A DNA stretch of 42,134 nt from NCBI GenBank assembly GCA_013239625.1, contig MU053482.1, positions 3,139,168 through 3,181,301 of the forward strand. The letters are read 5' to 3'. The position numbers and the translations under genes are program-made. This DNA comes from Lama guanicoe. Lineage: Eukaryota. Shown in pieces: positions 12,871 to 24,967 of this stretch. How positions within the stretch are numbered: position 1 is the first letter of the stretch; every line of letters starts with the position of its first letter. Under the pieces are notes generated by a model that was given only the letters and a program-made list of their open reading frames with translations, did not search any database and was not told where the DNA came from.

Positions 12871-14094
12871 TTGCTGCTAGTATTATTACCTACCTACATC
12901 CAACTACTCTCTTCAAAATAATTTCAACTTGATTCTTCTCTACACTCTAACCAATTCACAGCATTGTTGCTTCAAGGGGCAAATGAACAAAAATTCATAT
13001 TACTTAAAATTTTTAAACAAATATTTAATTAATTTAGTTTTGGTGTTAAAAATCAAAACAATACTGATGTTTGTAAAGAAAAAGTTCAAATTTGTGCTGC
13101 CCAACCCAGTAATATGGACATTCTACCTTTCACCTCCAGCAATGTAAGTCATTATTAATAGCTTTACGTGTTTTCTTCCAAATATTGCCACACTATTTAT
13201 ATATGTATGTATGTGAGTATATAAATATTCAGGTTTAGTTCAAATAGTGCAATAAAATCCATCTTTTCTTATCTACATTCACTGTCAATATTTCACCACA
13301 AATACTTAGTTTTGCTTTTTAATATAGGCATGTCATATTCTATTTAGCCTCTAAGGTAGAACTTATTAAGATTATAATGATTGAAGTTGAAATCTTATAA
13401 ACAGCTTCTAAGAAAAGATTAGTCGAATTATCAGGGCTTTGTATATTTTATGGGGAAATTAAGATTCTAGTCAGTAAAGAGGGTTGCATTTAAAAATCTT
13501 TTAGACCCAACAAATCTGCTCACTTCCTGAAGCTCGTTGCCCTTTAAGACTCAGAAATACTCATGTATAATGGCTCAGGGACAGTTATAGATACATATAC
13601 CTTTAATTGAAAAAATGGAAATCAACAGTCATAAAAATTTGTTTTCTTAGAATAAATTTTAGTGCTTAAATGGAGGAAATAAGGCAAGTTCCTCTTCCTT
13701 TCCAGTTTATAAACACTGTTTATACATAGGAATTTAACTAATTTCCTGGATAACAAAAATGGAAGTAATGCTATCATTTGGGGCTTTTCCACTTATAGTT
13801 CTATTACCATGACATTTAAAACCAGTGAAACCTTGTTTTCAACTGACTGCTTCAAAACACTTACACATAATATGGCTCATATTATATGAAATTTAAACTT
13901 AAAAAATTACATCATGTATGAAACAGTCATTTGCATTCTTGTCCTTCAAAGTACTTCATAATAGCCCAAGGAAGAAGGTAAACTTGAGAATGAATGGTTT
14001 TCCACTTAAAGGAAACAGAAGTCAAGGGCCTGCTATCCCATAATATAGCCTCACATAAAAAGCAAAAAACGAATGCAACAGCACCCATCAGCAT

Positions 14095-14472
14095 AAAAAT
14101 TCCACTCAGCACCCTAGGAATAGAAGGGAACTTCTTCAACCAGATAAAGGGCATGTGTAATAAACCTACAGCTGACATCATAGTCAATGGTGAAAGATGA
14201 AATGGTATCTACTTATGAACAGGAACAATGCAAGGATATCTACATTCACCTTTCTGGCAAGAAAATACATATGGACTAGAAAGAAGGAATAAAGCTGCCC
14301 CATTTTGCAGATGACAAGACTGTTTATACAGAAAATCCCAGGAATTCTAAAAAAATGTTCCTAGAGCTAATACGGAAAAAAAATTGCAGGATACAAGGTC
14401 AATACACAAAAATCACTTACATTTCTATATGCTATCAATGAACAACATGAAACGAAAAATTTTTGAAGTAGC
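14095..14472 (+). mobile_element. Ancient L1 ORF2 fragment, left part (interrupted by the young L1 insertion)
   Basis: Translates as ...LSTLGIEGNFFNQIKGMCNKPTADIIVNGER. Contains tttgcagatgacaagactg (FADD motif region). Confidence 0.9.
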
Positions 14473-15690
14473 ATTTTTTTAAAATATATTTTTATTGAAG
14501 TACTGTTAGTTTACAATGTTGTATCAATTTCTGGTCTACAGCACAATACTTCAGTCACAAAGGAATATACATACATTTGTTCTCATACTCTTCTTCACCA
14601 TAGGACACAAAATATTGAATATGGCTCCCTGTGCTATACAGTATAAACTTGTTGTTTATCTATTTTATATATATTAGTTAGTATCTGCAAATCTCGAACT
14701 CCTAATTTATCCCTTCTCACCCTCTTCCTCCTCTGGTAACCATCAGTTTGTTTTCTATGTCTGTGAGTCTGTTTCTGTTTTGTAAATAAAGTTAGTCTGT
14801 CTGTCTGTCTGTCTTTCTTTTCTTTCTTTCTTTTCTTTCTTTCTCTCTCTCTCTTTCTTAGATTCCACATATAAGTGATATCATGTGGTATTTTTCTTTC
14901 TCTTTCTGGGTTACTTCACTTAAAATGACATTCTCCAGGTTCATCCATGTTGCTGCAAATGGCATTATTTTGTTACTTTTTGTGGCTGAGTAGTATTCCA
15001 TTGTTTAAATATACCACAGCTTCTTTATCCAGTCATCTATCGACAGACATTAAGGTTGTTTTCATGTCTTGGCTATTGTAAATAGTGCTATGAACACTGG
15101 GGTGTGTGTGTCTTTTTGAATTAAGGTTCCCTCTGTATATATGCCCAGGAGTGGGATTGCTGGTTCATAGGGTAAGTCTATTTTTAGTCTTTTGAGGAAT
15201 CTCCATACTGTTTTCCATAATGGCTGCACCACCAACAGTGTACAAGAGTTCGCTACATTCCCACCAACACTGTAGGAGGGTTCCCTTTTCTCCAGTCTCT
15301 CCAGCATTTATAGTTTGTGGATTTTTTCATGATGGCCATTCTGACTGGTGTGAGGTGATACCTCATTATAGTTTTGATTTGCATCTCTCTGATAATTAGC
15401 AATATTGAGCATTTTTTCATGTGCCTATTGGCCATTTGTATTTCTTCATTGGTGAATTACTTGTTTAGGTCTTCTGCCCATTTTTAGATTGGGTTGCTTG
15501 TTTTCTTACTAAGTTATATGAGCTGTTTAAATATACTGGAGATTAAGCCGCTTCTCCATCTCATCTTTTGCAAATATTTTTCCCCATTATGTAGGTTGTC
15601 TTTTTGTTTTGCTTATGGTTTCTTTTGCTGTGCAAAAGCTTGTAAGTTTAATTAGGTCCCATTTGTTTATTTTTGCTTTTATGTCTCTGC
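14473..15690 (-). mobile_element. 5'-truncated camelid-type L1 3' end (different subfamily from 317-983), with an internal (GACA)n/(GAAA)n microsatellite
   Basis: ORFs 15253-15435 ([10 protein letters not shown]...HLTPVRMAI) and 15062-15307 (VQPLWKTVWRFLKRLKIDLPYEPAIPLLGIY) are the L1 ORF2 C-terminus. The T-rich tail lies at ~14473-14496. Confidence 0.95.
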
Positions 15691-16037
15691 CCCTGTCCAA
15701 ACCAGCTCATGGCGCTTTATTCAGAATACAATGACAAGATCCTATTGGTTCTTGCTGCACTTGAAGGAAGGGGTAAGTCCAGCTGGGACATATTCCCATG
15801 TTTGCCCTCCTAGGACCAGAGTTGGGCCTCCCTGGAACCTCTTTTCAGACCCCATATTCACCAGGGCCTTACTTACTCCCCACCTACCCCACCACTCCTT
15901 TTGCCAGCCATGGATGATGAAGTTGACATAAGGATATTCCCTGGGTTAGGAATCCCTTGTCAGCTTCAAGGAACACTGACAAGGAAAGGGCTCATCTGTC
16001 ACAGTCCCTCTGCCACACATGTACAGTTCCATACAGA
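15691..16037. other. Non-L1, GC-richer segment fused to the 5' junction of the young L1
   Basis: No resemblance to L1. Lies between the young L1 and the point where the old L1 resumes. Minus-strand AATAAA at 15716-15721. Confidence 0.55.
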
Positions 16038-16420
16038 CATTACTATCAGAAATACTTCCTTATAAATCTGACAAATTTTGGCACTGATGAAAGAAATCAA
16101 AGACCTAAAAAACAGAAAGACATACAGTGTCAGAAGACTCATCATATTAAAGATGTCAATTTTCACCAAAATCATCTATAGATTAAAAACTACAGTAATG
16201 ATGAACATATCAGTGGTTGCCAGGGGTTGTAAGTGGTGGGAGGTGTAACAATAAAGGGACAACAGAGGAAGTTTGCTGAAGTGATGTAACCATCTTGAAT
16301 CCTGATGGTAGCAGTGGTTATACAGATCTAAACAAATGTTAAAATACACAGTGCTGTAAACTACATTTAAAAAAATGTCAATTTTACTGCATAATAACTT
16401 AAACAATAAAAACATTTTAA
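16038..16420 (+). mobile_element. Ancient L1, right part (ORF2 piece joined to an L1MC/MD-like 3'UTR)
   Basis: actgatgaaagaaatcaaagacctaaa...atattaaagatgtcaatt, followed by atcagtggttgccagggg...aatcctgatggtagcagtggttatacagatcta. Confidence 0.85.
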
Positions 16421-16594
16421 AGAATAATAGATAAAATTCTATTAACCCCAGCAGCTCCCTATGAGAATAAAAAAATAAACATGGCCAAATTGGTGTGTTT
16501 AAGGCCCAATAAACAGAATCTGTTTTCCCAGAGGTCTCTGATTACTTGGGGTGGGGTGGGGTAGGGGGAACAGATGTTAAGTGTGCCACAATTT

Positions 16595-17071
16595 ATGCTA
16601 TGGTTTTCCTAGAAGCAACCTGTAAAGTAAGGATTTTAATGCAAGTAGTTTGGGAAATAATCCCAGGAAACTGTGGTAGGGAAGTAGGAAAGAGAAGGCA
16701 GCCATGGTGTATACTAATGAGTAGGCTCCAGCTGTGTGAACTAGAGTTCAACCATGGTGAGGAATTCTGACTAACAAGGTAGGACATGTATTAGAGTCAT
16801 CCCTCTTTAGGGGCAAGGAAGCTAGAAGTTTTTCCCTCAATTTCTGTCAGTCATCAATTGAAAGCTGCTCCTATGGGGCACAAATTCCCTACAGCTTTAG
16901 CCTGCCAATCTACAGGTGCAAAGCAGGCTCCAGAAGACAAAGAAAGCCCTCAAGCTAAATTTCATAGGTGCTGGCAGTCAGCAGTCAGGACAACATGCAT
17001 AGACATGGAAGATGCTCATTATAGGCAGGGCACTGAGGAAAAAAGGACAGGGCAATGACAGCATTTGCTTC
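16595..17071 (-). mobile_element. Solo ERVL LTR (LTR33-like)
   Basis: Right end ggacagggcaatgacagcatttgcttca is the reverse complement of the LTR33-like start TGTAGCAGATGCTGTC. Left part ttcctagaagc...aggattttaatgcaagtagtttggga...atcccaggaaac. Confidence 0.8.
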
Positions 17072-17219
17072 AGATAGGCAAACATGTATAGCTGGACATT
17101 AACAGAATTATCTCTGAAGTAAAACCCAAGCAACTACCTCTGGACAGTCAGAATAGAGGAGACATTTCACTTTTTAATCTTTTTAAAATTTTCACCATGA
17201 ACATAAATATTACCTTTTC

Positions 17220-17392
17220 AAGGCTACTGCAATCATCCAGGAGAGAGAAGATGGCAGCTAGGATTGTGCTTATAGTGTTGGTGATGGAAAAAAATTAATG
17301 GATTATTTTAAAAGTGCAGCTAATGGGATGAATGTGGCAAACAAGGGAAAGAGGAGAATCAGAATGGGATTTAGGTTTGGGGTCTGAGTAAC
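17220..17392 (-). mobile_element. L2 remnant
   Basis: aggctactgcaatcatccaggagagagaagatgg...gggaaagaggagaatca...aggtttggggtctgagtaact. Confidence 0.8.
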
Positions 17393-17399
17393 TTCAGGT

Positions 17400-17500
17400 A
17401 TTATAAAATGGGGTCAGTAATAATGCCTTCTTCATAGGGTTGTTGTGAATATGAAAATGCTCAGAACAGTGCCTAGTCATGTAGTAACTACTCAATACAG
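17400..17500 (+). mobile_element. MIR remnant
   Basis: taaaatgggg...aataatgccttcttcatagggttgttgtgaa...agaacagtgcct. Confidence 0.8.
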
Positions 17501-17528
17501 GTTACCTTGAGAAAAACAAAGTAGGAAA

Positions 17529-18160
17529 GGGCAGAATTTCATTCTTTTTTATGGCTCAGTAATATTCCATTGTATGTATGTGTGTGTGCACACATAGATA
17601 TATAAATGTATCTCACATCTTCTTTATCCATTTATCTGGATGCACTGGGGTGCATTTATTTTTTCAAATTAGTGTCTTCGTTTCCTTTGGATACATACCC
17701 ATGAGTGGAACTGCTGGGTCATATGGTAGTTTCACTTTTAGATTTTTTGCAGAATTTCCATACTGTTCTCCACAGTGGTTATACTAATTTCCATTCCCAC
17801 CAACAGTATTATGCTTAGTGAAAACTAAGTCAGACAGAAAAAGACAATACTGTACATTACCACTTATATCTGGAATCTAAAAGCTAAAACAAACAAATGA
17901 ACATAACAAAACAGAAACAGACTCATAGAGAACTAGTGGTCACCAGTGGGGAGAGGGAAAAGGGGAGAGGCTAAATAGGAGTACAGGATTAAGAGATACA
18001 AATAAAATAAATAAGCTACAGGGATAGATTGTACTACACAGAGAATATAGCCAACATTTTATAATAACTTTAAATGGATGGAGTATAATCTATAAAAATA
18101 TTGAATCACTATGTTATACACCTGAAACTAATATTATAAATCAACTACACTTCAATAAAA
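17529..18160 (+). mobile_element. 5'-inverted (twin-primed) L1 3' end, L1_Art/L1MA-like
   Basis: 17529-17806 is antisense ORF2 C-terminus. 17806-18160 is the sense continuation (gtattatgcttagtgaaa...tcaactacacttcaataaaa). Confidence 0.85.
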
Positions 18161-18454
18161 AGAAGGCTTTTATATATTCTGAGTTATACTTATGTGTTTC
18201 CCATATTCCTCATGAAACTGAAATTAAAAATTAAAATAACAATTTTAGTAATTTTAATTATTAAAATTATCAAATTCTTTAAGTTGAAATTAAGGGACAG
18301 CAATTTCTTTAACGAATGACTTGAGAGGAAAATCAGGGAAAGAAGAAAACTATCAGTTAAGAAAGACTTAAGAAGACTATCAACTAAAAGCAGTATCTGG
18401 ACCTTCAGAAGCTGATTCAAGCATCTAAAACATAGTCAAAGAGCAATACACAGA

Positions 18455-18850
18455 AGACTGCTGGATATTTCATGAAATTAATAAGTTATTATTTTTTAGC
18501 TATGATACCATTATGGGTATATTTTTAAACAAAAAGATGTCTTCTCTTTTAGAAATACATACTAAAATATTTATGAATGAAATGATATTAAGTTGAACCA
18601 TATGGAATTATCATTTTGTAGGTCAAATAAAGGATGGATAGAGACAATTTCATATGGTCCAATTAATATAACATCTTAGGTTTGTTTTGTGAGGTTGCTT
18701 TGGGAGGGTGTGAGGCTGGTGAGTTGACAGGGCTTAAAGATGAAAAAAGAATGACCCAAAGTTATTGACTATTGTAGCTGGATGATGAGTACATGGGAGT
18801 TCACTGTTGTCTGTTTTGATGTTTTAACTTTTCTATGTATATTATGGAAA
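18455..18850 (+). mobile_element. Ancient L1MC4-like 3'UTR, interrupted by MADE2
   Basis: ttttagaaatacatactaaaatatttatgaatgaaatgat...gtagctggatgatgagtacatgggagttcact. Confidence 0.8.
18588..18666. mobile_element. MADE2 mariner-derived MITE (~80 bp hairpin element)
   Basis: Inverted termini ttaagttgaaccatatggaatt / aatttcatatggtccaattaa, with TA on both sides. Confidence 0.88.
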
Positions 18851-19784
18851 AAAACACTAAGGCAAGAATCCCACCTATAACTATGCCTTGTCCAATGCTT
18901 ATTAGCACTCTACATGACTTATAGTAAATATTAAAAACATAGATGGTGAAATGATGTCTAAACCAATATTCTTAGAAAGGTCCATCTAAAGGAAATGATG
19001 ATCTAACAAGAACACAGCTAACCGTGTCATCAACAACCTAGAGGGGGACTAAAAATAAAACGAACTAGTTAGACCAACAAAAGAAGATTAAAAAACAAAA
19101 ATTAGAAACAAAATGTTCTTAAAATTTTATAAAACTTTCATATGTGACTTAACTATAATTGACTCTTTATTGTGCAGATTTTACTATCTCTTAAAGGTTA
19201 TGATAGGTGTGTATTTCTTATACTACAATCCCTTTTACCTATTTTTAATCAGTATTTTATGTGATTTCATTTAGGCTGATTAAAGAACATTTGCTCTGAA
19301 TTCCATTATTACCTATCTCTGTTTACTAGATATGGATACACATCTAGACTAGATAAAGGACACAGAAATTTTTAAATATGTCCATTAAGCTCTCTAGAGT
19401 TTTTTTTGTAACATTGTTTACATTTTTAAACCCATCTAAAAAGAAATTTTTTGCTTAAAGCCAAGCAAATGTTATTTATACATATAGTTAAACTAAATTT
19501 GCTAAATATAGCCAATGTTAATAAGTATAGATTCATTCTATTTTGGATATGCCTGAAAGATTTTATTAAGACAATAATTTAAAAGTTACAAAAGGATATA
19601 TCAATATTTCCTTAATATTATGAAGAACCTTTTAATAATTACAGCTGTCAAAGAGAATTAACTATCTCCAAAAAAATTAAAACGCCTACTGGACATATTA
19701 AGCCAGAAGCTAGATGGAAATTATCAGATATACTGAAAACAGATTCATAAAGAAGGCTGAACATGACAATCTCATGGCCTTTGG

Positions 19785-19970
19785 CACCAGATAGAAAAGA
19801 ACTGATTCTGGCTCTAAATTAGGTCATAATTTTGGTGAGGTTTCCTAGTTTCTCTGAAGTTCAGTTTTTCTTGAACACATATTTTACCGATATGATTAAA
19901 TGATATAATGCATGTAAATTGTTCAGCATACTACCTGGACAATGTCAATGATTAATTAACACTGTTACAA
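19785..19970 (+). mobile_element. MIR remnant
   Basis: attctggctct...ttctctgaagttcagttttt...gattaaatgatataatgcatgtaaa...agcatactacctgg. Confidence 0.75.
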
Positions 19971-20237
19971 AACCTTTGGCCTGTCACACAGCTGGTACTC
20001 AGATATGCTAGCAATCAATATTACCTCCATTACTACTGTAATTGCTATTATTATATAAGGGTTCTAGTAAGCAGTTGATGAATAGAACAAAAAAAGCTTC
20101 TCACCTGAGACATAAAGGGTGGGATACTATAGGGACCAGACAGATGGCATTACTGAAGAATAGGATCCAGGGCCCATGTGCCAGTATTTCTATAAGCAAT
20201 GGGAGCATTCTGTAAGCCCTGGGGCTGATGGTAATTA

Positions 20238-20335
20238 ATTCAATTAGTTTATTGATCAACCACTATGTGCCAAGCACTAAATAGAATAAGAAAGATAAAA
20301 TCCCTGCCCTGTGGGAATTTACGTTCTAGTGTTTA
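20238..20335 (-). mobile_element. L2 3' end remnant
   Basis: tttattgatcaaccactatgtgccaagcact...aatccctgccctgtgggaatttacgttctagtg. Confidence 0.75.
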
Positions 20336-21454
20336 TGGTGATTCCAGTGATACACTGTTACTTGAACATAATGTAATTTTAAAAAAATATCTGAACTTGA
20401 AGTGTATATATATATATATATATGCCATCTCTTTTGTGGATCCAAGCAAGGGTGCCAAAAATAGCTACATCCCTTAGACTGGTAATGTAAGTCTGCAAAG
20501 GAGTGACACAAATCACAGTGGTACCTGATATAGACCACATCAAATATTAAGTACATAACCTTCACAAAACGCTTGTAATGAAATCCTTTGACAGCCAAGG
20601 ATCAAATGACAGTATGCTTCCAAGTATTAATTCAATCCATGGCTGAGATTTCAACGGCAAAAACAACCCAAGTTTTACTGTAAATAGTGAATGACTAGAA
20701 CACAACACGAAAGCTATCATTTTTCAAAACACAGGATACAGTATAACTTGTGATCTGGAAACAAACCAAAATATGTATCTAAAGAAACTAATGAAATGAT
20801 TCAAGCAGTTCAAAATTTGTTGGTTTTAGCTCTCATGAGCATTATGAAAAAATATGTGTGGTATGAAATGCTAACACTATTTTTGATAAGACCTGTCTAA
20901 ACAAGATGAGTATTATTTACCAAAACAGGAAAGCAATGTTTTAGCCTGATATGGGCAATTGGCCAGCTTTAAATTCTACCATCTATCAGTCACCCAGTAT
21001 ACTTGTTTACTTATTGCAGCCTTTCTGAGAAAGCCACTTGCAGAATATTCACTGGCTGCTAAATATTATTGTTAGAAGCAGCAACCAGAGATGGTTATCT
21101 GTTTAAGCTGTTTATCTTTGTAGCTTGGAGGAAAAAAATACAACAAATCGAACAAAATGTTCTACTGCAAATGCTCAGTCTAAATGTATCTGGATAATAG
21201 CAGAATGAATGTATCCTTGGAATTTCAGAGGTAACAACCTCTCAAAAGCAGCCTGGAGGGGAAAGTCTTCCTTTCAATTATTACATTATCAAAAAATTAA
21301 ATATAAAAGAGAAAACCTGTCCCTTGAAAAAGCACAACTAAGTCAGTCATTCATAGGAGAGGTTCTCTTAATTCACTGTTTAATATCTGTATTTGAGCAT
21401 TTATCACAGACTATCTTGTATTACAACTGACAATAAAAGAGGCTGTTATGTTCC

Positions 21455-21720
21455 ACTATATTATTAATAACCACAGAACTGTGTTTTATTCAATTACTTC
21501 CTTAGAACCTAGCGCTGTATTTCTCTCCAAATAGATACTAAGTAAATCTTTGTTGAATTTGACTCTATTATCTTCCACAATGCTCACAACTACCCCAAGA
21601 GATAGTGAAAGCAGCTATTATACCTGTTTTATAAAGGAGGAAACAAATATAGAAAGGTGAAATAATCTGCCCAGATTCACCCAGGTAGGCTCCAGGATCT
21701 CAGACTTCTGGGTTAACAAT
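21455..21720. mobile_element. L2 3' end (+, ~21455-21560) followed by MIR (-, ~21570-21720)
   Basis: tgtgttttattca...gaacctagc...aaatctttgttgaat, then ctcacaactacccc...ttttataaaggaggaaac...aaggtgaaataatctgccca. Confidence 0.65.
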
Positions 21721-22399
21721 GTCCCTTTGTCCAACAGTGTTCAGAAGACTTAGGTAGCAGAAATTCATGGAGAGTAACTCAGAATTTAAAATAAAACTAA
21801 GCAATCACAACTTAGCAATACTCTATAAAGAAACCATTTATGTATTGTCTATTGCAAAGGGCCAGTAAAATAATAACATTTGATTTATAATCCTGAGTTT
21901 TCTTTGCCTTTCCATGTCCACTGAGAATCAAGAGAAGTTAAAGCACATATATTTATTCTGAAAGGTACTAACCTAGGAATGCGACTTTAAATCAATCAGG
22001 ATGGCATAATAGTGAACTTTCAGTCACCAACTGTACACCAAACACATGGCCAGGACATATGAAATACATGAAAAGATAACAAAAGAGATACAGTCAAGTT
22101 CAAAAACAAGATAAACAACTGCAATGGCCAGTATTAAAACAGAAATGTTTTTTAAACATTTGGCTAAAAGCACAGGCCTGCTGATTACAGACCTTAAAAA
22201 GGAGTGACAGAGATCAGCACCATATTAGCCCTTGCCTCCAAGCAATGAGCTGGTTCAAGAAAGAAGGCTAGTAAACACACAGGCACGCACAAGTGCACGT
22301 GCACACACACAACAGCAGTCAACCTTCAGCTAGGGCTTTTAGAAAAATGCCTTCTTGGGGGTGGTGGTCAGGGTAGGTGAGCTGCCATAACCTATTAGC

Positions 22400-23130
22400 C
22401 TAGCAACAGAAAATGAATCAAAGTACTGAATGTTTCTGTTGTATCTCCAACATAACTTGTGATAGAATCACTGAAATTCTGAAATAAGACTTGGTTCTGG
22501 ACTGGGGACAAAGAGGGTGAAAGTGAAAATAAACTGAACACCTGGAGACAGACAGGAAGAGGAGAGAAAAACAACTCCCATTCAAAATGAGTGGCAAACC
22601 AATACTCAAAATCATACAGAGAAATCTAATGCTAAAAAGTATAACCAGAAAAAGCAATAATCAGAACATGAATATACTCAGTATGAAATTAATTTTATAG
22701 AAATAAATAATAACTGTAATAAGTACATAAAGAATGTTCAAAGAGATAAATGAAAGCAAAATTTCAATTGAAAATGAATAATGATAGCAAAAGCAAGAGA
22801 AATCTAGATATGAAGAGAACCCAATTAGAAAATTTAAAAATAAATATACTCATTGAAATAAAAAATTAATAGATGAAATAAACCCTTTAGATAAACTGAA
22901 AACAGAATTCTTGAATTAGAAAATAGTTCTGATACATTCACCAAGTAGTCAGCACAGAGAATCAGAAAAAAATTTAATTGAAACCACAGCTAAAAGACAT
23001 GCAAGGTAGACTGAAAGGCTCTAATACTTCATTTAATGTGAGTTTAAAAGAAAAGAACCAAAAGAAATGATGAAGAAACAATAACTGCCGAACATTTTTG
23101 AGAACAAAACAAAATTCAATTTTCAGATTA
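22400..23130 (+). mobile_element. Ancient L1ME-type 5'/ORF1 remnant
   Basis: A-rich, ORF1-like: gaattcttgaattagaaaatag...cagcacagaga...aaagacatgcaaggtagactgaaaggctctaa. Confidence 0.7.
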
Positions 23131-23596
23131 GAAATGGAACTGGATGATTTGGAGTCAGCATTGAGAAAATTTTTTGAGACTGTTTCCTAATCTGTGATTT
23201 TCCCCTCAATATTTTACCAACCTTTTAAATTATACATTCTTATAAAAACTAAAGCTAAATGAACCAGGTGGGTCAGATGATGTCTATTGTAATCCAGGTG
23301 TAAGGGTTAGAGCTGTCATTTGGGAGTAGAGTTTATAAGTTCTTTTACCAGGATCCAGGGGAAGTTCATTTCACAAGCAGGGAATATGCAGTCAGATGAT
23401 GGCTTTACTCTTCTGCTTTATCTCCCTCTTCCTTTCAGTTCAAGTAAATTCAAGTAGTAAGTCAAATTCACAATAAGCACTGACTGAGTACAAGACCCTA
23501 TACTCCATACTATAAGGAGTACAAAAGCTATCTTCCATCCTAAAGGCTTTACCATTTAGATAAAAAGACAAAAAAAGCAATTAAAAAGTAAATGAT

Positions 23597-24350
23597 GGGC
23601 CAAGATGGAATAACAAGGGACTAGATTTAATCTCTTGACAAAACCAAATTTTTTTAACAATGAAAAAAATTGGACAAAATATATAAAGTAACAGTTTTCA
23701 AGATACTGGACATAAGGTAACAAAGGGCAGTGAACTATGAAAGATGAAGACCCCTAGAATTGCCTCAACTTCCCACATTGAGTTTCCATGTTGCAGCACA
23801 GAGAGGGATACTCCAACAGACTCCCCAAGTTGAGAAAACAGAGCAGATATCTAGAAAGACCAAGGGAGCTAGAGTCTGCATAGCAGGGTAGCACAGAAGA
23901 AAAAATGCTAAGAGGGAAAACTCCAGAGATGCACAGAGGGTTCCCTTCAAGTATCCAATCCAGCATGGAACAGAAGCAGAAGAAGATAAATAATAAAGGT
24001 CGGAGGGGGTAAAAAAATACAGAAAACAGAAAAATAATAGAGAAAAATCAATGAAATCAAAAGCTGGTTCTCTGAAAAGTTCAATAAAATTTAAAAATCT
24101 CTAGCAAGATTGAGCAAATTAAAAAGAGAAGACATAAATTATCTCCATCAGGATTTTTTTTTTAGAAGTACCACATAACTAAAAAACACTAATACTATAA
24201 TAAGGGAGTATTTAAAATAACTTCATTCTAACAACTCAGATAAAATGGACAATATTTTTAAAGATAAAAAAATTTCAAAGACACTCAGGAAGAAGCAGAT
24301 ATCCCAAACAGTCCTATATCTTTGAATTTCTACTTTAAAATCCTTCTACA

Positions 24351-24403
<53 letters not shown>

Positions 24404-24950
24404 AAAGGGGCAAAGAAAAGAAAAGAAAAGAAAAGAAAAGAAAAGAAAAGAAAAGAAGTCTTAAGCCTTATGACTTCATGAGCTTCATGAGCAAATTCAA
24501 TTAATCATTTCAGGAAAATATAACATTAATTGTATATAAAAACTTTAAAGTAGAAAAGTAACATTTCCAAACCTGTTTTCTCAGGTGAGCACAATCTTGA
24601 GACCAAAACCAGACAAAGACAGAACAAGAAAACTAGAGATCAATATCCTGCTTGGATACAAATGAAAAAATCCCCAATAAAATATTAGCAAACTGTATCC
24701 AGCAATATGTAAAAGGAATAACACATCCTACTAACTGGAATTTATCCTGGGAATTAAAGACTAAATCAGTATTTGAAAATTGATCAGTATAATTCCCCAC
24801 ATCAAGAGACTAAAAAAAAATACCAATCAGCTCAATAGAGACAGAAAAATACTTAGCGAAAAATATAACATCTAACTATGATTTAAACCTCTCAGCAAAC
24901 TAGGAATAGAAGAAAACTTCCCAACCTAAAAAAGATCATCAAATCAAAAT
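23597..24950 (+). mobile_element. Ancient L1 (L1MC/MD-like) 5' end joined directly to mid-ORF2
   Basis: gccaagatgg (YY1-like) start and the 5' signature ttggacaaaatatata...ttttcaagatactggacat. From ~23975 it continues as aatcaatgaaatcaaaagctggttct...accaaaaccagacaaagac. Confidence 0.85.
24350..24456 (+). repeat. Compound (GAAA)n/(GAAAA)n microsatellite
   Basis: Directly visible. Confidence 0.95.
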
Positions 24951-24967
24951 TTAAAGTCTGCCACTGG

